Below, one piece after another: positions 25,681-32,000 of a stretch of DNA of 32,000 nucleotides (the stretch's first letter is position 1; each line of letters opens with the position of its first letter). Both the position numbers and the translations under genes were made by a program. A model generated the notes under the pieces. That model made no database searches. It saw nothing but the letters and a program-made list of their open reading frames with translations, and was not told the origin of the DNA. Location of the stretch: NCBI RefSeq assembly GCF_017876815.1, contig NZ_JAGIOS010000003.1:120001-152000 (forward strand). Reading direction: 5' to 3'. Source of the DNA: Sinorhizobium meliloti (lineage in GTDB: Bacteria > Pseudomonadota > Alphaproteobacteria > Rhizobiales > Rhizobiaceae).

Positions 25681-26139
25681 ATGACGACCATTTCGAAAGA
25701 GACCCGCGGAGCGGCCTATGCGCGGCCGCTCCTTACCTCTCCGCCGATCCGCTTCCTGGCGCTGCTGGCCCTGTGTTCGGCCTACATCCAGGGGCCGCTG
25801 ATGAAGATATATGACTTCGAAGGCGCGATCGCGGAGATGAACCATTTTGGCCTGACGCCAGCTCCGCTGTTCGCGGTCGGCGTCATCGTCTTCGAACTCG
25901 CCATGTCGGCGCTCATCCTTCTCGGCATCTTCCGCAAGGTGGCCGCACTTTGCCTGGCAGTCTTTACAGTGGCTGCGACCTTCCTGGCGTTTCGCTTCTG
26001 GGAGCTGCCGTCCGGCATGGAGCGCATGATGGCGACCAACGGCTTCTTCGAGCATCTCGGCCTCGCCGGCGGGTTCGTCCTCGTCGCCTGGCATGATCTG
26101 CACGAGCGCACCGTTTCCGGAAAGGTGCGTGCGCTATGA
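25681..26139 (+). CDS. DoxX-family integral membrane protein
   Basis: The 152-aa protein has hydrophobic helices (FLALLALCSAYIQGP, LFAVGVIVFELAMSALILLGIF, VAALCLAVFTVAATFLAF, NGFFEHLGLAGGFVLVA) in the DoxX arrangement. The ATG at 25681 has AGGAAGGA upstream. The track start at 25423 overlaps the previous gene. Confidence 0.75.
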   Translation: MTTISKETRGAAYARPLLTSPPIRFLALLALCSAYIQGPLMKIYDFEGAIAEMNHFGLTPAPLFAVGVIVFELAMSALILLGIFRKVAALCLAVFTVAATFLAFRFWELPSGMERMMATNGFFEHLGLAGGFVLVAWHDLHERTVSGKVRAL

Positions 26140-27728
26140 CGGATGTGACGGCACCGACAAGTGGCTTTGCGCCGCTACGCCAGAAGGTCTTCGCCGTCCT
26201 CTGGATCGCCACGATCGTCGGAAACACCGGAAGTTTCATCCGCGATGTCGCCAGTTCCTGGCTGGTGACCGACCTGTCGGCTGCGCCCGCTGCCGTCGCG
26301 ATGGTGCAGGCCGCGGCGACACTTCCGATCTTCCTGCTGGCGATTCCAGCAGGCGTGCTGTCGGATATCCTCGACCGCCGCAAGTTCCTGATCGTCATCC
26401 AGCTTCTCCTTGCGGCGGCCAGCATCTGTCTTATGCTCTTGTCTGCAACCGGACTTCAGTCGGTCAGCTCACTAATTGCGCTCACCTTCGTAGGCGGCAT
26501 CGGCGCGGCACTGATGGCCCCCACATGGCAGGCGATCGTTCCTGAGCTTGTGGCAAGACAGGACGTCAAAAGCGCTGTCGCCCTGAACTCCCTCGGCATC
26601 AACATTTCCCGTTCGATCGGTCCGGCGGTCGGTGGCCTGTTGCTGGCCTGGTTTGGCGCGGCCGTCACCTACGGCGTCGACGTCATCAGCTATGTCTTCG
26701 TGATCGTGGCTCTCACGTGGTGGAGACGCGCCGCAACTCCAGACGATGTCCTCTCCGAGCGCTTCTTCGGAGCCTTCCGCGCCGGACTCCGCTTCGCGAA
26801 GGCCAGCCGCGAGCTGCACGTTGTGCTCCTGCGCGCGGCTGTCTTCTTTGCATTCGCCAGTGCTGTCTGGGCGCTTCTTCCACTCGTCGCGCGTGATCTC
26901 CTCGACGGGGACGCGGGCTTTTATGGCATCCTTCTTGGCGCGGTCGGAGCTGGAGCGATCGGTGGAGCTCTGATCTTGCCGAGGCTGCGGACACGGTTCG
27001 ACGCCGACGCGCTTCTGCTGGGGGCCGCAGTCGTTACCGCAGCAGTCATGGCAATTCTCTCGGTCGCCCCGCCGCGGTGGGGAGCCATCGTGGCACTTCT
27101 TGCGCTCGGCGCTGCCTGGATCACGGCGCTGACGACGTTGAACGGCGCGGCCCAGGCGATCCTGCCTAATTGGGTGCGGGGCCGCTCGCTGGCCGTCTAT
27201 CTGACCGTCTTCAACGGAGCGATGACGGCGGGAAGTCTCGCCTGGGGCGCTGTCGCTGAGGCACTGAACATCCCGCTCACTCTCAATATCAGTGCCATTG
27301 GCCTTGCTGCAGCCGGACTTCTCTTCCATTTCGTCAAGCTGCCGAAGGGCGAGTCCGATCTTATCGCCTCAAACCATTGGCCCGAACCGTTGGTCGCCGC
27401 ACTTGTCGACAACGACCGCGGTCCTGTCCTCATCCTCATCGAGTATAAAGTCGACAAAACCGAGCGTCCGGACTTCCTGAAGGCACTGGCGAAGCTTTCG
27501 AACGAACGCCGTCGCGACGGGGCGTATGGCTGGGGCGTCACCGAGGACGCTGCCGATCCGGAGAAGATCGTCGAATGGTTCATGGTCGAATCCTGGGCCG
27601 AGCACCTTCGCCAGCACCGGCGCGTCTCTAAGGCCGACGCCGATGTCCAGCAAGAAGTCCGCCGCTTTCACAAAGGTGCAGAAGCGCCGGTCGTGAGCCA
27701 CCTTTTGTCGATCAATCGTCCGCAGTAA
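26136..27728 (+). CDS. MFS transporter (MFS_3 / EntS-like exporter type) with a ~120-aa C-terminal soluble domain
   Basis: The start overlaps the DoxX stop (ATGA). The N-terminal FAPLRQKVFAVLWIATIVGNTGSFIRDVASSWLV, DRRKFLI and about 12 hydrophobic segments fit the MFS type. The C-terminal region PVLILIEYKVDKTERPDFLKALAKLSNERRRDGAYGWGVTEDAADPEKIVEWFMVESWAEHLRQHRR is hydrophilic. Confidence 0.85.
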   Translation: MTDVTAPTSGFAPLRQKVFAVLWIATIVGNTGSFIRDVASSWLVTDLSAAPAAVAMVQAAATLPIFLLAIPAGVLSDILDRRKFLIVIQLLLAAASICLMLLSATGLQSVSSLIALTFVGGIGAALMAPTWQAIVPELVARQDVKSAVALNSLGINISRSIGPAVGGLLLAWFGAAVTYGVDVISYVFVIVALTWWRRAATPDDVLSERFFGAFRAGLRFAKASRELHVVLLRAAVFFAFASAVWALLPLVARDLLDGDAGFYGILLGAVGAGAIGGALILPRLRTRFDADALLLGAAVVTAAVMAILSVAPPRWGAIVALLALGAAWITALTTLNGAAQAILPNWVRGRSLAVYLTVFNGAMTAGSLAWGAVAEALNIPLTLNISAIGLAAAGLLFHFVKLPKGESDLIASNHWPEPLVAALVDNDRGPVLILIEYKVDKTERPDFLKALAKLSNERRRDGAYGWGVTEDAADPEKIVEWFMVESWAEHLRQHRRVSKADADVQQEVRRFHKGAEAPVVSHLLSINRPQ

Positions 27729-27747
27729 ACCTAGGAGAGAGAGAACG

Positions 27748-28722
27748 ATGACCACTCGCAGATCGGTACTTAAGGGAACGCTCTCCCTCATGCTGGCCCC
27801 CACAGCAATGACGACACTTGCGCCGCCCGGCGCGGCCGCGAAGGCGCAGCAAGTCAAGATCCAGGCTCCAGGCTACTACCGGATGATGCTGGGCGACTTC
27901 GAGATCACGGCGCTTTCCGACGGAACGGCGAAGTTTCCCGCCGAGACCCTCTACGCCGGTGCCAAGGATCAGGTCGCAGCGCTACTCGCAAAGGCTTTTC
28001 TCGACTCGCCGGTCGAACTTTCGGTCAATGCCTTTCTGGTCAACACGAATGAGCGGCTGGTGCTTATCGATGCCGGTGCCGGAGGCTTCTTCGGCCCGGC
28101 GCTCGGCAAGCTCGTTCCCAACCTCGTCGCCGCCGGCTACCAGCCGGAGCAGATCGACGACATCATTCTCACCCATGCCCATGTGGACCACCTCGGCGGC
28201 CTCGTTGCCGGGGAAAAGATCGTCTTTCTCAATGCCACTGTTCACCTCAACCAGCGCGATGCCGATTTTTGGCTGAGTTCCGCCAACCGCGACGCCGCGC
28301 CGGAGGCAAAGAAGGAATTCTTTTCTATGGCCGTGCAAGCGCTTTCACCCTACCGCGATTCCGGCAGGCTGAAGACCTTTGCCGACGAAGCTGAGCCGGT
28401 GCCCGGCTTCAAGACGGTCCTGCGTGCCGGCCACACCCCCGGCCACAGCGCGGTCGCCATGGAGAGCAAGGGCCAAAAGCTCGTATTCTGGGGCGACATC
28501 ACCCACGGCGATGTCGTGCAGTTCGAGGAGCCGGACGTGACGATCGGCTTCGACGAGAACCCGGCCGCGGCTGCAAGCGCGCGCGATGCTGCCTTCGCCG
28601 AGGCGGTCAAGGAGGGATACCTCATTGCCGGCGCGCATACGCGTTTCCCTGGCATCGGCCATGTCGGCACGGACAGCGACAAGTTCGACTGGGTGCCGCT
28701 GAACTATAGAGCGACGCTCTGA
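27748..28722 (+). CDS. Metallo-beta-lactamase-fold hydrolase, Tat-exported (lactonase-like)
   Basis: The Tat signal is [33 protein letters not shown]. The zinc motif is [12 protein letters not shown], and further ligand regions are GHTPGHS and GDITH. AGGAGAGAGAG lies upstream of the ATG. Confidence 0.85.
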   Translation: MTTRRSVLKGTLSLMLAPTAMTTLAPPGAAAKAQQVKIQAPGYYRMMLGDFEITALSDGTAKFPAETLYAGAKDQVAALLAKAFLDSPVELSVNAFLVNTNERLVLIDAGAGGFFGPALGKLVPNLVAAGYQPEQIDDIILTHAHVDHLGGLVAGEKIVFLNATVHLNQRDADFWLSSANRDAAPEAKKEFFSMAVQALSPYRDSGRLKTFADEAEPVPGFKTVLRAGHTPGHSAVAMESKGQKLVFWGDITHGDVVQFEEPDVTIGFDENPAAAASARDAAFAEAVKEGYLIAGAHTRFPGIGHVGTDSDKFDWVPLNYRATL

Positions 28723-28807
28723 TCCGCGGTTTCCCCCTGATCGGGGTCGCCCCGGAGGCTTCGGGCGACAGTCTCTATCTCGAACCAAAGCAAAAGGAAT
28801 GGCTTCC

Positions 28808-29638
28808 ATGACGCAAAATTTCATCAAGACCGAGGACGGTGTCGAAATCTTTTACAAGGACTGGGGCTCCGGGCAGCCGATCGTCTTTCACCACGGTTGG
28901 CCACTTTCCTCCGACGATTGGGACGCGCAGATGCTCTATTTCCTGGGCAAGGGCTATCGCGTCATTGCCCACGACCGTCGCGGCCACGGTCGCTCGACCC
29001 AGGTCGGCGATGGCCATGACATGGCGCACTATGCAGCGGATGTCGCCGCACTTTCAACTGAGCTCGATCTGCGCGATGCCATTCACATCGGCCACTCCAC
29101 CGGCGGCGGCGAGGCTCTGGCCTATGTCGCTCGCCACGGTGCCGGACGAGTCGCCAAACTTGTCATGGTCGGCGCGGTGCCGCCGATCATGCTCAAGACG
29201 GAAGCTTACCCCGGCGGACTTCCGATCGAGGTGTTCGATGGTCTGCGCGTTCAGCTCGCTGCAAACCGCGCGCAGTTCTTCCTCGATCTGCCGAGCGGAC
29301 CTTTCTATGGATTCAACCGCCCCGGTGCGCAGGTCTCGACCGGCGTGATCCAGAACTGGTGGCGGCAGGGAATGATGGGCAGTGCCAAGGCCCATTATGA
29401 CGGGATCAAGGCGTTCTCAGAGACCGACTTCACCGAGGACCTCAAGAGGGTCGAGGTGCCGGCGCTGGTGATGCACGGAGACGACGACCAGATCGTGCCG
29501 ATCGACAGCTCTGCGCGCCTCGCTGTTAAGCTTCTGAAAAACGGTACACTGAAAGTGTACAAGGGTTATCCGCACGGCATGCTAACGACGCATGCCGATG
29601 TGATCAATGCGGATCTGCTCGAGTTCATCAAAGCCTAA
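28808..29638 (+). CDS. Alpha/beta hydrolase, non-heme haloperoxidase / arylesterase (perhydrolase) family
   Basis: The protein is collinear with Pseudomonas fluorescens arylesterase/chloroperoxidase: [44 protein letters not shown] (nucleophile), HGDDDQIVP and PHGM. I prefer the ATG at 28808 (AAGGA about 10 nt upstream) over the track ATG at 28799 (SD too close). Confidence 0.88.
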   Translation: MTQNFIKTEDGVEIFYKDWGSGQPIVFHHGWPLSSDDWDAQMLYFLGKGYRVIAHDRRGHGRSTQVGDGHDMAHYAADVAALSTELDLRDAIHIGHSTGGGEALAYVARHGAGRVAKLVMVGAVPPIMLKTEAYPGGLPIEVFDGLRVQLAANRAQFFLDLPSGPFYGFNRPGAQVSTGVIQNWWRQGMMGSAKAHYDGIKAFSETDFTEDLKRVEVPALVMHGDDDQIVPIDSSARLAVKLLKNGTLKVYKGYPHGMLTTHADVINADLLEFIKA

Positions 29639-29646
29639 GAAAATCC

Positions 29647-29674
29647 GGGCCGGCGATGGAAACGTCGCCGGCCC
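29647..29674. terminator. Strong hairpin; terminator-like for the minus strand and positioned just after the plus-strand operon
   Basis: A perfect 10-bp stem GGGCCGGCGA / TCGCCGGCCC encloses an 8-nt loop. On the minus strand it is followed by GGATTTTCTT. On the plus strand it starts 9 nt after the haloperoxidase stop but has no U-tract. Confidence 0.55.
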
Positions 29675-30109
29675 CGCAGAGCCGGCGCTGCAGGGCATTC
29701 GCGAGCACGCGGCGACCCAAGACATCGGGACTGCGCTCTTGGTTTCGAGAGGGCGTTCACAAGCTTGTCGATAAAACGCAAACCTTGGGCGGGCAGAGCC
29801 TGGTCGTCGGACAAACCGCCCAGATCGCGTCGGTCTCCGACTCCGCGTCCGCAAAGGCGACGCGTAGCGGACCGGACTTAAGGTCGTCGGCAATCGCGTC
29901 TCGAAGGCCGACGCCGATATCCCAAAGGAGGTACGCCGCTTCCACAAGGTACCCGAATGCCCGGCCGTCCAGCGCTTCCTGTCCATGGCCCTGTTGTACT
30001 TCCCTGACCCGGAAGGAAGAGCATGGATCCGCACTGGCTCCGATTGGACAGGTTACATAGCCGCGCCGGGACGTCTGCCAACGATTCACACACATAAGGA
30101 TAAAAGACG

Positions 30110-30358
30110 ATGACCAAGCCTGCGACCATCCCATTCCCAACAGTCATCTTGGCCGCCGCAATCTTCAGTGCACCGGTCGCAGCACTCGCAGGTGGCAGCT
30201 ACTATCGAGGGGTCACGTCGGAGCCGATCAATATCGGCCACAACGTGAACTCTGCAACCCAGAAGAACTCTCTCAGGGCCAAGGTGGTGGCGAACCACTC
30301 CTTTCCTAAGAGAGGAGCATATTACAGGGGCCTGATGCGGAACGAGCAACCGCGATGA
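30110..30358 (+). CDS. Small hypothetical secreted protein (82 aa) with two YYRG motifs
   Basis: AAGGA lies about 9 nt upstream of the ATG. A signal-peptide-like N-terminus MTKPATIPFPTVILAAAIFSAPVAALA-GG is followed by GSYYRGV and, near the end, GAYYRGL. I recognise no family. A GC3-rich frame continues past the TGA (see findings). Confidence 0.45.
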   Translation: MTKPATIPFPTVILAAAIFSAPVAALAGGSYYRGVTSEPINIGHNVNSATQKNSLRAKVVANHSFPKRGAYYRGLMRNEQPR

Positions 30359-30957
30359 AGCATCTGTAGGCTGGGCGCGGTGCTGCCGACCATGCCGATG
30401 ACGCCCTCGAGCCCCGGCGGGCGTCCCATCGAGTTCTTCGACGGCGTTCGGTCCGCGAAAGCCTATCGGCTGCCCGCCTCCGCAGCCGCGACGCTACCGT
30501 CGCACCGCACCGATTCGTCGGCAGGTGCGCGCGGAATGGGATAAGCCGCTGCGCCACTGTGGGGGGCTCGGACTCAATTTGAGATGTGCGTTGATCACAC
30601 TGCTGCATCTCAGTCGTCGCAAATTTCCCGAGTTCTGAACCAGTGAAATTGACGGGGTCCGCAGCGAGCGCCGTGGCCAAGTTGCGCCGTTTCCCTCTTT
30701 GCATTCTCTCTAGCATTAAACTTTCCAAGGGACTTTGCAGAAACAACCCAAGTCATTGATCTAGAGGGAGCACCTCCCGATCTCCTTCAAGCGCACGTGC
30801 GCGCCTGCGTACTCACAAGAGCTGCAGGTTACCTGCTAAGAGCTGAGTGGCCATCCAAGGGCGTTGGGAATAGCATAACAGGGAGATCCTGAGACCAACC
30901 GAGGACGGCCTCCGTTAACGAATCCAGGTCTGGAACAGGAAACGATCAGTCCCTGAT

Positions 30958-31044
30958 TTACTCCTGGGCCTCGAGCCACGTCACGGCAAATATCGCAACG
31001 ATACCAAGGAGAATCATGATGCCAGCGACGTTGACCGGATCCAT
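30958..31044 (-). CDS. Candidate 28-aa single-pass membrane microprotein
   Basis: It is too short for the ORF track. GGAGGA (31057-31052) lies 7 nt upstream of the ATG at 31044-31042. The translation is MDPVNVAGIMILLGIVAIFAVTWLEAQE-TAA, a hydrophobic core with acidic ends. Confidence 0.35.
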   Translation of the reverse strand: MDPVNVAGIMILLGIVAIFAVTWLEAQE

Positions 31045-31133
31045 TCGGGTTTCCTCCGTCTATCGTGCTCAACCCTGCAGGCGACGGTATGTTCCGCATG
31101 AATCTGTCGAAAGCTAAGAGGCGCCAAGAAGGG

Positions 31134-31162
31134 CAGCGCTCCCGGATTGAAAAGGAGCGCTG
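31134..31162 (-). terminator. Hairpin downstream of kup (possible terminator)
   Basis: A perfect 9-bp stem CAGCGCTCC / GGAGCGCTG encloses an 11-nt loop and is followed on the minus strand by CCCTTCTTGG. It lies about 175 nt after the kup stop. Confidence 0.4.
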
Positions 31163-31336
31163 CAGTTGGTCGACTTGTGCGATTGTCCGCTAAGCCAACG
31201 TTTCAGCGGAGAACTTCCGTCTGAATAGGAACTCTCTTTTAACCGCTTGCTTGTTGAAATGTTCCTTAAACTGGGTCCAGATCTAGCTACGCGCGGCTGA
31301 TGCCCGGTGATGCCGCTGCTAGCGCGGAGTGCGCAC

Positions 31337-32000
31337 TTAGATAATGACTTGCTCTCCCAGCTCGACGACTCGATTAGCTGGCAGATGAAAGTACTCGGTT
31401 GGATCAATCGCCGAGTCCGCCATGGCGATGAAGAGCTTGTCTTGCCATTGGGGCAGCCCTGACTGGGGGTCGGCTATCAGCTTGCGCCGGCCGAGATAAA
31501 AGGACGTCGACATGATCTCGAACTTGAAACCCTCCTTTCGACAGCGCGCCAGCGCCCGTGAGACATTCTGATCGTCCATGAAGCCGAACCTCAGCTCCAG
31601 CAGGCTGAACCGATCAGACAGCTTTGTAATTGTGTAGCGGTCCTTCTCGGGCACGTAAGGGACCCGGGCGGTCTTGATGGTCATGATGACGTTGTGCTGA
31701 TGAAGGACGTGATTGTGCTTGATGTTGTGCAACAGAACTGCCGGCGTCGTGTCGGGCGTGGCGGTCAGGAAGATCGCTGTTCCGGGGACTTGGACAGGAG
31801 CATGCTCGGACTTTCGTTCGACTATGGCCATGAACTGGCTCAGCGGGATGTCCTGACGGGCGGTCTTCTCGCGCAGCACGCTGACACCCTTCCGCCAGGT
31901 CCACATCATCGTGATCAAGGTGCCGGCGATGAGGATGGGCACGTAGCCCCCGTGGTGAACCTTCAACAGATTGGCGCCGAGGAAGACCAGTTCGAGACTG
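31337..32000 (-). CDS. kup: KUP/HAK/KT potassium uptake protein, C-terminal part (5' end outside the window)
   Basis: The protein has GGYVPILIAG..., LLHNIKHNHVLHQHNVIMTIKT..VPYV, FGFMD..NV..AL..CR..G..F..M.TSFYLGRR and IPANRVVELGEQVII, collinear with the E. coli Kup C-terminus. The frame is open to the window edge. The track 'M' at 31966 is an internal TTG. Confidence 0.9.
   Translation of the reverse strand, partial: SLELVFLGANLLKVHHGGYVPILIAGTLITMMWTWRKGVSVLREKTARQDIPLSQFMAIVERKSEHAPVQVPGTAIFLTATPDTTPAVLLHNIKHNHVLHQHNVIMTIKTARVPYVPEKDRYTITKLSDRFSLLELRFGFMDDQNVSRALARCRKEGFKFEIMSTSFYLGRRKLIADPQSGLPQWQDKLFIAMADSAIDPTEYFHLPANRVVELGEQVII

Noticed and set aside
28746-28769. A hairpin GTCGCCC-N10-GGGCGAC between the MBL and haloperoxidase genes, as a possible internal terminator
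   Set aside because: It has only a 7-bp stem and no U-tract. The genes are on the same strand 85 nt apart, so it is more likely mRNA structure within one transcript.
30306-31099. Track ORFs 30306..30746 (-) and 30836..31099 (-)
   Set aside because: The translations are Arg/Ser/Ala-rich with no motifs and no SD. They lie in a lower-GC, apparently eroded intergenic stretch, and the first overlaps the plus-strand coding-like frame.
31012-31113. A 33-codon plus-strand ORF (MMPATLTGSIRVSSVYRAQPCRRRYVPHESVES) with AAGGAGA upstream, antisense to the 28-aa membrane microprotein candidate
   Set aside because: The product is Arg/Ser-rich and not protein-like. The antisense hydrophobic peptide is the more plausible reading, though neither is proven.
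1-32000. A search by eye for CRISPR arrays, tRNA/rRNA genes, IS elements with terminal inverted repeats, integrases, phage or defence-system genes
   Set aside because: None was seen. The only mobile- or toxin-related trace is the Fic C-terminal remnant. The repeats found are short (13-15 bp) and local.

Overview
High-GC, alphaproteobacterial (Rhizobiaceae-like; taxon is inferred from protein signatures and GC3 bias) accessory-type DNA. I saw no rRNA, tRNA, CRISPR array or intact IS/transposase. Long antisense 'shadow' ORFs are common and were discounted.

Layout:
(1) 1-14717: a dense catabolic cluster with no regulator gene. It holds a Tat-signal family-5 ABC binding protein (truncated by the window edge), two haloacid-dehalogenase-type HAD hydrolases, a class-III aminotransferase and two paralogous two-domain GNATs. 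It also holds a PuuB-like FAD oxidoreductase, gabD, a tartrate-dehydrogenase-like enzyme, a second aldehyde dehydrogenase, a DUF861 cupin, a GhrA-like 2-hydroxyacid dehydrogenase and an ArgE-like M20 deacylase.
(2) 14912-16222: a membrane-anchored PQQ-dependent sugar dehydrogenase.
(3) 16505-18078: a gene-decay patch with a Fic C-terminal remnant, an N-terminally eroded carboxylesterase and a frameshifted, internally deleted ring-cleaving dioxygenase. An intact divergent LysR gene sits next to it.
(4) 19342-22430: three tandem same-strand AraC-family regulators, with a 13-bp perfect direct repeat ahead of the second.
(5) 22656-29638: a tightly packed seven-gene plus-strand operon. In order: YcaC-like isochorismatase hydrolase, XapX membrane protein, Tat-exported amidohydrolase with a Cys/His-rich tail, DoxX, MFS with a C-terminal soluble domain, Tat-exported MBL hydrolase, non-heme haloperoxidase/esterase.
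(6) 29640-31336: a lower-GC stretch with small or remnant ORFs.
(7) 31337-32000: the 3' part of kup.

The two best candidates for undescribed biology are both hypotheses built from domain logic only. One is a possible acyl-protected diamine -> GABA -> succinate route in the catabolic cluster. The other is the AraC-associated, periplasm-oriented hydrolase/efflux operon.
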